Source: Phoronis australis (lineage: Eukaryota > Animalia > Phoronida). Taken from it: a DNA stretch of 64,000 bases. The stretch is taken from contig NMRA01000094.1 of the NCBI GenBank assembly GCA_002633005.1, forward strand, positions 395,067-459,066, in the 5' to 3' direction. Below are positions 30,301-40,371 of this stretch, piece after piece. Position 1 is the first letter of the stretch; each line of letters begins with the position of its first letter. The notes under the pieces are model-generated. The model was given only the letters and a program-made list of their open reading frames with translations. It ran no database searches and was not told the origin of the DNA. A program made the position numbers and the translations under genes.

Positions 30301-33300
30301 GGTTGTTTGATTAAAGTAATCTTTTAAAGAGGGCGCTAGCGTAGTTTCTCTTTGTAGTTGATTATTAATTTACAATAGGTTTCATTTGTCTAATTAGGGG
30401 TTATCATATAATAAATTAATTACTGGATTTGATTATTCACTCTCCATCTACGCACAACTTCAAAGCATAGCTACCTTTTAAACAAACCCACACAGACAAT
30501 CGTCTGACACCCATACAACTATACATTATCCTTGATGATCACACAATCTTATTAGGTGCAATCTCCATGAAAAAAAAACAATGTGATTACGAATACCTGG
30601 GCAGTATTTTAGTGTTAATAAGAAGATTCTGTGACCATAAAGCATTTTGAGAATACTTGAAACATTAGTTAATAATGAACCTAGGTCAAGAAGGTATCCT
30701 ATTACCTTTATACCACCCGACCGCTTGGTTGAAAACCATACTCCGGGAAATATCTTTGGCTTCATAACATTGTAATTAGTAAGTTGTCATAAATGATACG
30801 CACAGACACTGACATCAAATGATGACTCATTTTAATTAAAAGACTGAACACTTACCCTTGGTGAGCCTGAGGATGCAGCTTTTGTGGCAGAGTTTTCTAA
30901 TGCATTCTGCAGAAAAGATTTAGAACTATCAACAGACAGGGACATTTCATATTTCTTAAACTGCAACTCAGTGCAGTCGGCTGTAGGATAGGTTATAACT
31001 GAACACAAAACATAAATCACAAATACATTACACTTGAATGCATCTTGCGAAAATTACACAGAGAACACCTGACTAATGCCTCACACCCTGTGTGTCTTAA
31101 ATCTTCACTACACTCAATGTCCTTTTGTTTCACCACAATCCATGTCTTAATGGTTCACCACACTCCACGTCCTAATGCTTCACCACACTCCACGTCCTAA
31201 TACTTCACCACACTCCACGTCTTAATGCTTCACCACACTCCACGTCCTAATGCTTCACCACACTCCACGTCCTAATGCTTCACCACACTCCACGTCTTAA
31301 TGCTTCACCACACTCCACGTCTTAATGCTTCACCACACTCCACCACACTCCACGTCCTAATGCTTCACCACACTCCATGTTTCTCAATGCCCTCAATTAT
31401 CTAGCACAGTAGTTTTCAGTAAGTTTCACCAATGGTTGCTATAATGTCCAGTCTACAGAAGGACGAACATAATTTGGTTCATTTGAACTTGTTTATGAAT
31501 GTTTAGTTAACCACAGATCAATAAGCAAACTTACACTTAGCTCAGTTCTACCGAGTGACCCCAACATGGTGGCATCATCGTCAAAGTAAACAGAGAAATC
31601 TTTAAGATCCAACAACTTGTGCATAATGTCCGTCTTGTCTCGGCTGACAAACATGGGCACCTGAACAATAATAAACACAAACTACTTCTTAGTGTAAATG
31701 TCATAATGCTTAAAAGAAGAATGCCACCCGATCTTAATTGGTCTATATCCACATCACCTCGTAAACGGTCGATCTTACCTCGCCGAGAGGTGTCGCGTTA
31801 ACCTGTGAGGAAGGTGAGTAAACGGCACAGCACATCAGTGGTTCTTCTGCAGAGTGAGTGCCGCTATGGTGTGGTGTATCATTCACACTTTTGTGCACTA
31901 TGAAGCTGCGAAGAAAAGGGGTACTGGTATGTCGTTTTTTTCCTCAAGAGCCCGAAATGCTTCGGAAGTGGCTCCCGGCAGTGAAGAATGAAAAGTACGC
32001 CGTTAATACCAAATATGAGGCCGTGAAACATCTCCGTGTCTGTGGCCGGCATTTCGTCCACATTGATTTCACTGAAAAATGCCGGCTCACCAAACAGCTC
32101 ATGCCAAGGCAGAAAAAGAGACTGATGAGCATTCGTCTAAGTCTGGATTGCAAGTTGCCATGTTGATGTTTATTATTGTGTGTTCTGTTTCAAAATGAAT
32201 TATTCTCAACCCAATTAACCAATGCTGATATAAAACAGAAACAAAGTGTGAAAGTCTGTCTCATTTAGATACAATTTGTAAAGCCTTTGGAGTGTTAGTG
32301 AGTGCAAACGTTTTGAGAAGTCAGCAATGCATAAATCGCTGCATTACCGACATTAGATGCAATAAAGCTAATTGACCGGGCACCGAGGCCATGTGAGTGC
32401 ATTCAGTGTTTGCTGGCAGAAAGCTGTTGTAAAACAATAACTTGATTTTATAGGCTATGGTCAGATGTTAGGGATTTTATAGGTTATGGTCAGATGTTAG
32501 GGAAATCTTTATCCAAATATATATACATTACTCGAATAATGGTTACTATACAACTTTTGCCCTGACGGTTATGTGGAAGGGTACCCTGACTTCGCGGCCC
32601 CCAACGAGTAAGTAGATTTGCAGTTTCGCGGCTAATTCAACAAAATAATCAAGTGCACATTATTTCTTTGGCTCACTAGTATAGTCTTTTCGTAACTGGA
32701 GGTTTAGTTTTCAACATTGGCTGGTTTCTGCCGCGATGGGCCTGATCCCATTCCACGAAGTCACAGGCCGGGATAGCGTGTTGGGTGTTTAGAATTAAAA
32801 AAATCGGAAGTCTAAAATTAAAATACATAGTAATGTTCTCCAGCCTGTCAGTATTTCACGCAAGAATAATTCAATTTTTCACCGAACAGACCCCAAATTC
32901 CCACGACTGACCTTGGTAAATTGCCCTACCGAACTTTGTAGGCTACGGTGACTTCCAAATTCCTATAAATCCATAACAGCGAAATAAAACAACATGTTTG
33001 TTCAAGAACTCGATGTGTTGGTAAGGGGTTTACATCAAATTTTGATGATTTATTGGTGTAAAATGATGAATTCAAGTGATAAACCAACCCCAGTAAGCAT
33101 ATTGTGAACTGCTGAACCGACTGCATTCGAACCTGTGACGTCATTGGTTAATTTCAATACCTCCGTCTGCCGTCAGGTGTCAGGTAAAAGAACTGAGCTT
33201 GCTGTTATTGAGTGGAACTACTCGATCTAAATTGATACAAACTAGGTTGTTTTTGGATGGCATTCTCCTTTAAGTCATCTCATGGCTGCCTACAATAGAG

Positions 33301-36300
33301 TGTCACACTTTGCATTCATATCAAATTTTACACTTAAATGCACAGTATCACAATTATATAATTTAAATAACTCTTAAAAGTATGTAATAAAACCAACAAG
33401 CTAACCATCAACAGTGCACAGGCAGGACACCAGATGAGATCAATTTACAAAGCCAACATAATTCCAACATGGAAGATAGACACTTTGTAAATGTGAAATG
33501 ATCACACAACCCATTTTTAAAATTTCAATAATCTTTTAATGAAGGTTGATAACATTCTGAAAACGACATTTTTGAGATTAAGTCCTACCCATTGTCCATC
33601 TGTACTTTGTGCTGAGAGACTCTTGACGACTATGCCACAGGCAAATGGTGATCCGGGGAAAGTGACATCATCTTCATAACGAATGTGAATGTCTGTCAAC
33701 TTTAGCTGCAACAGTATGCCATACATTTACAAAATTAATTGAAAAAAAACACATTTTGTTTTGAAAAGTGGTGTGATAACGCAGTATCACTACATACATT
33801 TATCTTTAAGATAACTTTTTGAGCAGTAAATTGCAAACAAATTAACTTGATCCAGACACGATCAATATTTTGAAGACTACAGATTACCTGTACATTCTCC
33901 ACTATATTGGATGCCACACCTCCAAATGATGACCACCAGGAAGAGCCACTGTTCACATCCTGCAGCTTACGGTCCGCCTGCCAGATTTTCTCCAGTGCAT
34001 CCAGTTGCAACTTCTTCTGCTTCTGTTCCCGCTCATGTTCAGCACCTTCGTCGTACTTAAAAGGACCACGTGACTTTTGTCACAACCATTACTCTATATT
34101 GAACTACACTAAATATTAATGTGCACAGTCATACATTGTCGCATTACATGACCTAGTTATTAGAAGTACTACCAATCCAGGTACTTCTGCAATGTGTGGA
34201 GATGCTCTTGTCCACTGAGCCATCAGGACCACCAGTCAAGTGTGTAAGTGTTAAGTGTGTAAACCGCTGCATTCCCTTAAAGATGAGAGTAGACAGACAG
34301 TACACGTCACTAAATGCCCAGAGAAACATATCATCAAACCAGCCAAGTTCTCAAAGATATGGCTACATGGCAGCTATGATTATACCTGTTTCTTCTTTGG
34401 AGGGCCCGCCACCAGGTAGACCTTATCAATAGTGATCTCAGTTGGCTCACTCTTCAGTCTCTGGTAGGGTATACGTAGCCTAATGCGACCAATGAAACCT
34501 GACATAAACAACAAGACTTTACCACTAAGTGTACAAATAATGAAACCTGGAAGATACAAAAAGACCAAGTGTATTAATGATTAGATGTGCAAGGCCAAGA
34601 CAGTTGAGTGTAAGTCATATTGACGGCCATGGTAGCTGTTCATCATAATGGTAATTTAAATTAAGTGGAAAAACTATTCACTTCTCCTATATTTTGGATC
34701 TAATCAATCGTAAACAAACCTTATGATATTTTTAAAAGATGCCGCCCACAACAAACGCCCACGACCAATACATTGTAATTACGTCACCTATTGTCACACT
34801 ACTACATGTGTCACATTGTTACATGTGTCACTTTACTACATGTGTCACATTGTTACATGTGTCACTCTACATGTGTCACACTGCTCCACGTGTCACACTG
34901 CTACATGTGTCACACTGCTACATGTGTCACACTGCTACAAGTGTCACACTGCTCCATTTGTCAAAGTGCTTCATGTGTCACACTGCTCCACGTGTCACAC
35001 TGCTACATGTGTCTCACTGCTACAAGTGTCACACTGCAACATGTGTCACACTGCTACAAGTGTCACACTGCTCCATTTGTCAAAGTGCTTCATGTGTCAC
35101 ACTACTACAAGTGAGTCTCCTTTTCAATCTGAAATTAAATTCCATTTGATCTTCCTCTTTCAACAACCATTGATCCTGTGCTTATATTTTGTAAATTGGC
35201 TACTTGTTTTGTTCCTGGTTATAATTTTGCAACTGTACAATAAAGCAATTTGACGGAAAAAGAGGCAGACAACAAAAAACAGACTCACACATAATGAAAC
35301 TGATCACTATGGCAAAGAATACGTCAAATCCACCCCAAAATGGAAAGGTGGTCTTGTCTTTATTATAGAAACTCGTTTGCCAATTGAAATTTCATGAAAA
35401 AACTTTGAGGAACTACACACAGGCAGTCATCCACAAGTCGCGGCCAAAAATACAGGGGCAACCTATATGCAGAATACAGAAGGCAAACATAAAGAAAAAT
35501 AAAATTGCCACTACAGGCCACCAAAGCGTTAGTTGAAACTTGTCGTCATCAACTGTCAGCTCCATAGCAACACATCTGTAAAATTTCACAATATATCCCG
35601 CAAAGAGTTACAGCCATGTATGCACACTAGGGGACGCTAGAGCAATCGAGTGCGTCTGAAAATCAACATCAACCTATCTACTCATCTCTGAACACATCTG
35701 CCTATTTTCATAATGACCCTAGGGGTCGTTTGGTGAATAGAGAGGTGGACGAGCTCCAAATTTTTTGAAACGGTCCCTAGGTGGCACAGAGTACGTAAAA
35801 TGCATATGAAAATGGAAGGTGTCGTAGCCTCCTTAACAGAAACCAATTTGCAAATTTCATGAAAATTAATCCAGAGGGACACAAAAAACTAAAATTACCA
35901 CTAGGGGCCACCACTAAAGACAGATCTAGTCGGAATCTGTCAAAAGCTTTATAGGAACGTGTCTGCTAAATCTTATTAAGATCCTGCACAAGGATAAGGA
36001 GATACAGCAGCAGATAATGGACACCAGACATCCAGACAGAGATGACTACAATCTGCACCCACATATGTATATATAGGTGCACATTTGTGGAAAAAATAAA
36101 TAATTAAAATGTGTTCTTTCAAGGAAAAGAATCAGTCGAATTTACCTGTCCTGACCTCTAGTGGAAGATCCAGGTATGCCAGTGCATCTTTCTTCAGGGG
36201 CAAGTTCTCCAGTTCAACAGCACCTACACAGAGTGACACATTCAAAGTGTTACATAAACCAAGTCAAGTACTTCATGTGAAATTACAACTATGACACCTG

Positions 36301-36571
36301 AGGCTAAGTTGGACCTTATTGACATGTCTGACTTTCTGATAAAAGTATGACTACAATAACAAAATGTTGCTAAAAATCTTCCAAACACAGTGTTTCTGGG
36401 TAAAGATTTTTGTATGAAAATTAAATAACTCCATCGTATGAAGACATTGACCTCTAAACACAATTGTCACGAACCCTGAAGCAGACCAATAGATAGCTGA
36501 TCTGTATTGAGATTCTCCACATATTCGCCAACATATGTGTTGAGTAGCCATGCTGCCAGGCCTTCTAGCAT
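151..36571 (-). CDS. VPS13D: Vacuolar protein sorting 13D (bridge-like lipid transfer protein), 5' part: 33 coding exons, continues beyond position 1
   Basis: Starts [47 protein letters not shown] (chorein N-terminus). Later blocks resemble VPS13D: [63 protein letters not shown]. All exons have AG/GT boundaries and phases join into one open frame of about 7570 nt. Confidence 0.93.
680..3634 (+). mobile_element. Non-autonomous Helentron-associated (HINE/DINE-1/Pearl-like) element(s) with a diverged tandem core
   Basis: 5' AACAAGAG followed by hairpin CAACGC-GGA-GCGTTG. Core of about 140-bp subunits in an about 430-bp higher-order period. Two 3' ends, each with a GGAC/GACG microsatellite and hairpin CCACAT...ATGTGG followed by ATAAAAAT (about 1440-1529 and 3550-3634). 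Confidence 0.6.
3670..3895 (-). CDS. VPS13D: VPS13D coding exon 32 ([12 protein letters not shown]...DTRF)
   Basis: CAG/GTAAA, 226 nt. Confidence 0.9.
3992..4474. repeat. 69-bp tandem repeat, 7 identical copies
   Basis: Unit GCAATTAACAACATTATTCAGTCACATACATTGAGTTGACTAGACAATAAACGGTCACTTAAGGACGGT at 3992, 4061, 4130 and onward. Confidence 0.97.
4669..4908 (-). CDS. VPS13D: VPS13D coding exon 31 (LERNL...HAVPD...[12 protein letters not shown])
   Basis: CAG/GTGAAT, 240 nt. Confidence 0.92.
5856..6458 (-). CDS. VPS13D: VPS13D coding exon 30 ([13 protein letters not shown]...VANLG)
   Basis: TAG/GTATG, 603 nt. Confidence 0.92.
7100..8102. mobile_element. Possible old MITE
   Basis: Degenerate inverted termini CTGACTCTGGATACAATTAAGTCTAC / GTAGACAATTGTCCGAGTCATG around a CpG-richer interior; no TSD seen. 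Confidence 0.35.
8265..8445 (-). CDS. VPS13D: VPS13D coding exon 29 (YGLPD...YTHTHRF...MRAAS)
   Basis: CAG/GTAC, 181 nt. Confidence 0.9.
8581..8990 (-). CDS. VPS13D: VPS13D coding exon 28 ([14 protein letters not shown]...LNFDIFK)
   Basis: TAG/GTGAGT, 410 nt. Confidence 0.92.
9434..9581 (-). CDS. VPS13D: VPS13D coding exon 27 (HPNTPPPSP...SHK)
   Basis: TAG/GTTGGT, 148 nt, phase-consistent. Confidence 0.82.
9778..11494 (-). CDS. VPS13D: VPS13D coding exon 26, large 1717-nt exon ([13 protein letters not shown]...LSTSCP...PSSLP)
   Basis: CAG/GTACAT; corresponds to the 580-aa ORF in the track. Confidence 0.92.
11561..12084. mobile_element. hAT-like MITE
   Basis: TIR CAGGGCTTGGAAT...ATTCCAAGCCCTG flanked by direct repeat TTTAAC; subterminal CCGCGG/GCGGAA motifs. 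Confidence 0.8.
12225..12372 (-). CDS. VPS13D: VPS13D coding exon 25 ([12 protein letters not shown]...KVATAT)
   Basis: TAG/GTAGGT, 148 nt. Confidence 0.87.
12647..12768 (-). CDS. VPS13D: VPS13D coding exon 24 ([17 protein letters not shown])
   Basis: TAG/GTAAGT, 122 nt. Confidence 0.87.
13381..13578 (-). CDS. VPS13D: VPS13D coding exon 23 ([10 protein letters not shown]...IQFNCLEFI)
   Basis: CAG/GTATGT, 198 nt. Confidence 0.85.
13988..14196 (-). CDS. VPS13D: VPS13D coding exon 22 ([16 protein letters not shown])
   Basis: CAG/GTATT, 209 nt. Confidence 0.85.
14980..15145 (-). CDS. VPS13D: VPS13D coding exon 21 (AELQVSGV...[15 protein letters not shown])
   Basis: CAG/GTAAC, 166 nt. Confidence 0.92.
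15619..15728 (-). CDS. VPS13D: VPS13D coding exon 20 ([15 protein letters not shown])
   Basis: CAG/GTGAC, 110 nt. Confidence 0.85.
16266..16405 (-). CDS. VPS13D: VPS13D coding exon 19
   Basis: CAG/GTGAGT, 140 nt, phase-consistent. Confidence 0.82.
16862..17084 (-). CDS. VPS13D: VPS13D coding exon 18 ([14 protein letters not shown]...HVNEQK)
   Basis: CAG/GTGAA, 223 nt. Confidence 0.9.
17551..18671. mobile_element. Probable non-autonomous DNA element (inverted repeat pair; true termini not resolved)
   Basis: GTGACGTCACTGAGGCTGTAC at 17551 is inverted as GTACTGCCTCAGTGACGTCA at about 18652. Confidence 0.45.
19133..19280 (-). CDS. VPS13D: VPS13D coding exon 17 ([11 protein letters not shown]...LYDR)
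   Basis: TAG/GTAAT, 148 nt. Confidence 0.88.
19270..19727. repeat. 33-34-bp minisatellite, about 13 copies, seeded at the exon 17 splice acceptor
   Basis: Unit AGGCATCTACAGACAGCAACCCCTGGGACAGTCG; its first part matches the exon/intron junction AAGGCAT|CTACAAACAG. Confidence 0.92.
20110..20290 (-). CDS. VPS13D: VPS13D coding exon 16 ([13 protein letters not shown]...FDFG)
   Basis: CAG/GTAACT, 181 nt, VPS13 APxIIVP...DFG repeat motif. Confidence 0.9.
21377..21465 (-). CDS. VPS13D: VPS13D coding exon 15 ([18 protein letters not shown])
   Basis: CAG/GTCAGT, 89 nt. Confidence 0.88.
22012..22310. repeat. About 40-bp diverged tandem repeat, 7-8 copies
   Basis: Unit like TATTTGTGGACTAAAGTATAATATGATGGAAGGCGGAGCC. 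Confidence 0.9.
22355..22710. repeat. About 41-45-bp tandem repeat, about 8 copies
   Basis: Unit GATAACCCTGA(T/C)AGAACCAGTACAATACACTGTATTATCCT. Confidence 0.92.
23084..23221. repeat. 30-bp tandem repeat, about 4.6 copies
   Basis: Unit AGGCATGGGAGGCAGTTGCAATTTAGATTC. Confidence 0.95.
23912..24030 (-). CDS. VPS13D: VPS13D coding exon 14 ([13 protein letters not shown]...EFF)
   Basis: CAG acceptor; donor GTGTGT is the start of a (GT)n tract; 119 nt. Confidence 0.85.
24490..24665 (-). CDS. VPS13D: VPS13D coding exon 13 ([11 protein letters not shown]...DYR)
   Basis: TAG/GTATGT, 176 nt. Confidence 0.85.
25350..25654 (-). CDS. VPS13D: VPS13D coding exon 12 ([14 protein letters not shown]...[10 protein letters not shown])
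   Basis: CAG/GTGTG, 305 nt. Confidence 0.9.
26072..26288 (-). CDS. VPS13D: VPS13D coding exon 11 ([10 protein letters not shown])
   Basis: TAG/GTAAC, 217 nt. Confidence 0.86.
26568..26669 (-). CDS. VPS13D: VPS13D coding exon 10 ([17 protein letters not shown])
   Basis: CAG/GTGAGT, 102 nt. Confidence 0.88.
26749..26961. repeat. 35-bp tandem repeat, 6 copies
   Basis: Unit AAGGCTTGAGACAGTGTTCTCACTTACCAGACGGT. Confidence 0.95.
27066..27525. repeat. 18-bp minisatellite abutting the exon 9 donor
   Basis: Units ATAGCTACTCCTGGTAAC / ATAGCTACTGATGTTGGC; includes a 102-bp duplication covering the donor. Confidence 0.93.
27523..27691 (-). CDS. VPS13D: VPS13D coding exon 9 (AKQWWHFA...DQQ)
   Basis: CAG/GTATGT, 169 nt, VPS13 WWxFA motif. 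Confidence 0.9.
27866..28030. repeat. 32-bp tandem repeat, 5 copies
   Basis: Unit ATTCCACTCCTGCTATCAATAATAGTCCTTCT. Confidence 0.92.
28127..28368 (-). CDS. VPS13D: VPS13D coding exon 8 ([18 protein letters not shown]...KWRP)
   Basis: TAG/GTAAGG, 242 nt. Confidence 0.9.
28932..29115. repeat. 30-bp tandem repeat, 6 copies
   Basis: Unit AGTGATGAGAACGAGCACCCTGTACAGATT. Confidence 0.93.
29229..29626. repeat. 16-bp minisatellite, about 25 copies
   Basis: Unit ACCCATACAACAGTAG. Confidence 0.95.
29627..30509. mobile_element. Solo LTR (883 bp) with 5-bp TSD CCCAT
   Basis: Termini TGTCAGA...TCTGACA. CCCAT lies at 29622-29626 and 30510-30514. The interrupted 16-bp repeat unit resumes (CCCATACAAC) after the insertion. 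Confidence 0.82.
30856..30906 (-). CDS. VPS13D: VPS13D coding exon 7 ([17 protein letters not shown])
   Basis: CAG/GTAAGT, 51 nt, phase 0-0. Low sequence conservation, so less certain. Confidence 0.7.
31150..31380. repeat. 25-bp tandem repeat, about 9 copies
   Basis: Unit TGCTTCACCACACTCCACGTCCTAA. Confidence 0.93.
31535..31660 (-). CDS. VPS13D: VPS13D coding exon 6 (VPMFVSR...DFSVYFD...ELS)
   Basis: CAG/GTAAGT, 126 nt. Confidence 0.88.
31715..33269 (+). mobile_element. Kolobok-like non-autonomous DNA transposon with THAP remnant
   Basis: Termini AGAAGAATGCCACC / GGATGGCATTCTCCT, flanked by TTAA(A) and TTAA; encloses a THAP-like ORF. Confidence 0.65.
31858..32166 (+). pseudogene. Degenerate THAP zinc-finger domain (transposon-derived)
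   Basis: [17 protein letters not shown]...HLRVCGRHF matches the THAP FP-x-W...CxxHF pattern; no transposase core follows. Confidence 0.72.
33589..33705 (-). CDS. VPS13D: VPS13D coding exon 5 ([12 protein letters not shown]...DGQW)
   Basis: CAG/GTAGG, 117 nt, conserved IHIRYED motif. Confidence 0.92.
33888..34055 (-). CDS. VPS13D: VPS13D coding exon 4 (YDEGAE...SNIVENVQ)
   Basis: AAG/GTAAT, 168 nt. Confidence 0.88.
34386..34498 (-). CDS. VPS13D: VPS13D coding exon 3 ([11 protein letters not shown]...PPKKKQ)
   Basis: CAG/GTATA, 113 nt. Confidence 0.88.
34792..35112. repeat. 17-bp minisatellite
   Basis: Unit TGTCACACTGCTACATG. Confidence 0.93.
35270..36085 (+). mobile_element. Second, more diverged copy of the HINE-like family at 680-3634
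   Basis: Same subunits (AAAATTGCCACTA.., CCCTAGGTGGCAC, CCACTAGGGGCC) and same 3' end GGACACCAGACATCCAGACAGAGATGAC...GCACCCACAT...GGTGCAC. Confidence 0.7.
36146..36223 (-). CDS. VPS13D: VPS13D coding exon 2 ([25 protein letters not shown])
   Basis: TAG acceptor, GTAAA donor, 78 nt, phase-consistent. Confidence 0.9.
36475..36571 (-). CDS. VPS13D: VPS13D coding exon 1 (ATG; MLEGLAAW...LLQ)
   Basis: ATG at 36571, 97 nt, donor GTTCGT. An acceptor TTTTCAG at 36596 implies an upstream non-coding exon. Confidence 0.92.
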
Positions 36572-39060
36572 TGTGACACATGAACCAAATTACATCTGAA
36601 AATAAATGAAAAAGGCAGAATGAAAACATTTCCTCTATGACAACATATACACAACAAGGCCTAACAATAGTGTTACATACTAACCACATTGTATTACATG
36701 CCAACACACCCTCACTGACATAAGGAGTCCAATGTTTATATATTAGCAACTCTCTCAGCATTGTAGAAGATGAACACATTTACATGTGAAAACACATGGT
36801 TCATATTAACAGTTCTTGCAACTTGTGTGCAAAGTTCCAAGCATTTACCAACAAAAATATTGATTTGATATTTGACAGCATACTGCAATATGAAGGTTTC
36901 ATAAAGACTCCCAAATGTCAATAAAGCTAATGAAATGTATTTATAATAGAACACTTTTATCTGGTGACATGATATTTTATCCGTAAAACGTAATTCAGTG
37001 TGAGCCCTCCTTTAGATTATGCAAGGGTGTTTCAGTTTCATAGTGTTTCAAATGTATGAAAGACATATCGCCATGCACAAACATCTCCTAAAAATCAATC
37101 CTCATATTTTAAGCTATAAACCCATACCCTTAGGTTGACAGTATGAGCAAGAAGCCAAAGATTTCCCTCTTGTCTAAGATCTCAATGGCTTTCTTTCAGA
37201 CAAATTATAGTGATTCAACAACAATAAAGATGTTTACAACTAGTGACAGCATGTCTGCAACTATTATGACATGATTTCAACCCATAACTAAGAATAGAAA
37301 TGAAGTTTCACTGCATTTTCCCCATTCAAGAAACCACAGGGGCATTCCTAGCACTTAAAGAGATGCATTTTGCCCTGAATTCTGCCTTTTATTCTCATAA
37401 AATCAGTCTGGTAATATTCCTTACTGTGATACCATTTAAAGAATCTTATCACCATAAGGAACACAAAGAGACTGATTTCATGAGAGTAAATGGCAGAATT
37501 CAGATTTTGCTTTTCATCAAGCTAAACAGGGTGAAATGTAGCTAACTTTTACAAAAGTATGTATTTGGATAAATCGGTTTATGATGACAATGGCTGCACC
37601 CATTGAATGCTCCCAGGGAGTTGAGATTGAGATTGACCAGGTCCATGGACAGGTAATACTAATATTAAGTGCTTAAAGTAATTTACAGTGCTATGTAAAC
37701 CTGGCCTAATTATTATAATAATATTGTTTTCAATTTTGACAATTTGATTTCATTTGACTAAGCCCAAAACGTCACGCTGACAGTTGTAATTCCTAGCTTG
37801 ATAGCTTGCCTGAAAATTCAATTGCCCAACTCCATTATGTTCACAATATTGCAGCTCACCTATATTAGTATACATGATAATGGAGCGTTTTTGGTGGAGT
37901 CTTCACTAGCTCCTTATCAGTGAAAAATTGCTGTTAAATTCTGTAGTCACATAATGATTCTATGGTTCAGCTTACAAGTATTTGTAGGAACTTCCATGCA
38001 CCAGTACAAACTATCAAGACAGTTGCAATCCAGTGACCCATAGACAATTTCTCAGAATCCTGCTCTAACTCCAAAATGTACAATGATGACAAGTCTCAAG
38101 TCTACACAATCACACTGAAGCACTAGTCCTCACTGGATCTTAGGCATTTCCAGTCATTTCGCTTTTCAATATCACAATATTACATAAATCAACATCAGTC
38201 ATGTACGCTAAATCAATGCTACACATGCATTTATTGACTCCTGCAACTTATTGTATTCATTACTGGCGTTCTTGTACAGCGCTCAGACCATCCCAAATAG
38301 GTTAAGTACTTAAAGCCTATCTTGAATGGTAACACTTGTAAATTTGGACACTACAGTATATTAAGAGCATCGCTCTGAGCCCACCAGTTCCATAAATTGT
38401 CAAATGTAACGAACTGTTAGGCGTATTGGTTTGCTTTTGTCTACATCACTGCGAGAATCGCCTTTTAATTGGGCAATTCCATTTGTGACGGACGTACAAA
38501 CAGATAACATTTTATCAATTGTGAAAACATAAATTCTAGGAAAATAATTATACATCAATTCTTAGGTCTCATGGATAGCATTCAAAGCATGCATCAATTT
38601 TTCTCTCATCTTTTTACCTGACTGAGAAAAGTACCTTTAACGGGGAGTGACGGACATACGCAGAGAATTGGGATTTTTGAAAAAAAATTTTAACATTAAA
38701 AATTTAACGTTAATTTTCTGTGAGTTAAATTTGGTTACAATTTTTTGTTTTATATAATGATTTAGTGGAATGTGTGCAAAGTACAACACACTAATTTTTT
38801 AATGATATCTTCTAAGAAATTTTTGTCAGACAGCTCAATGTAAGTTGAGTGAGTGTGACGGACGTACGCTCTGAATTTCTAGTTTTAAATTGTTTGTTGT
38901 GATAAAGATATCAACTGCGAATAATTCAAACTTTGCAGTATTTAAGCTATATTGGTTTTTTGCTTCTAATTCAGTGTTTTTAATCAAAATGCACAGATTT
39001 ACCTTTTGGACAAAATCATCAAAGGTAGGCCAATGCTGGGAATATACCCTAGGATTTTAA

Positions 39061-40371
39061 AGAGTTCCCACCATGCATTTTCTTACCTTTTCAGGTTTCA
39101 GTTTGCTAATATGAATCGAATACCATAAAATCTTGCTAAATAGGCACTTTTTATGCCAAATAGTGGCAACTTTTTTCATTTTGAAGAAAAATTACTTATT
39201 TCTAAGTTTCTCGCCAAATGATGCAATGGGTGGAATACGGTTGGCCGCTTGACAATCATTTGCAATGTCGGAACACTGCAGGTCAGAAGACAATGACAAT
39301 ATTAGGCGAGAATTGGACAATTATTATGCAGACAGACAGGAGAGTGGACGTAGGCACTCATACTCAAGTACTTGAAGAATCAGACAATGAATTCGATTTC
39401 CCATTTAGCGAACTTTCGTCGGGTTTCAGGCCGTATGAACTCGACCCACTTGCACGAGAAACAACATATGTGAGCCACAACCAACTCTACCAAGTGGTGG
39501 TCACTACTCACAAAATAGACACTTAATAATTACTAACAAAGGCCACAGCCAACCTGGGTTACTCGTATTCACTATTGCCGTGATGGAATGAGCACAGTCT
39601 AAACACAATATGCATAAGCCTACTTGTAGTAGGCACTCGATCTAGGTCGGGGTCCAGGGCCTGGCATCACTCGCCCTACAATGGAAGCAGTTTGTTCGTT
39701 ATTTACAAAATTTGCAAATGCACTTACTTGGTGGTGAGTCATACATTTTAACGCCGCTTATGTGTGTGGTCGAAACACGATTCTTTGAAATATGCCGATC
39801 AAAGTGTGGCTTACGCCAAACTGAATCTCATGTTCCACACTGACACTCCACACTCTTGTTCGACGCACAATCATGGGTGGCGCAGCACTGAAAAAAGTGG
39901 GGGCTAAACCCCCCCAATTTTTAGATTGTTTCGTAGCAACAGGTGTNTGGGCGGCTTAGCCCTGAAAAAGTGGGGGGCTATAGCCCTACCCTAGGCCCCT
40001 ATGGTGCCCCGCCCATGACAAACCGATGCCATTTTTGTGCAACTTTCACGTATTTTGAAAATTTGAACACTAAGACGTTCACAGTCAAGTTGTTGTTATC
40101 ACAGTTTCCACAAACGCACCTTTTCATGTCTGAAAAAGACGGCTCCACGCTGACTTTCTTCACAACTCCTCTCAGTATCGCACTGGTAAAACAACAACGG
40201 CTGTGGCGGTCTTCCACCCATTGCGTACAAACTCGATAACAGAAAAATATATTTTTAAAATTTTTAGATTGTTTCGTAGCAACAGGTGTATTAAAGACTA
40301 TTAAATCTGTTAAGATGTAATACCCGGTAATAAAATTCCTTTTTGAGACACAGGCTCATGGTGGGAACTCT
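39061..40371. mobile_element. Kolobok-like non-autonomous element nested in 38471-42458
   Basis: TTAA|AGAGTTCCCACCATG...CATGGTGGGAACTCT|TTAA, a perfect 15-bp TIR. Confidence 0.82.
39872..40017. mobile_element. Short MITE nested in 39061-40371; spans an N
   Basis: CATGGGTGGCGCAGC...GGTGCCCCGCCCATG termini; repeated CTGAAAAA(A)GTGGGGGCTA; N at 39947. Confidence 0.65.

Noticed and set aside
34723-35253. Cys/His-rich ORFs with CxxCH motifs (multiheme cytochrome-like)
   Set aside because: Artefact of a 17-bp tandem repeat open in all three frames.
39916-40289. 31-bp duplication AATTTTTAGATTGTTTCGTAGCAACAGGTGT next to the N at 39947 and again at about 40259
   Set aside because: One copy ends exactly at an N, so it is most likely an assembly or gap-filling artefact.
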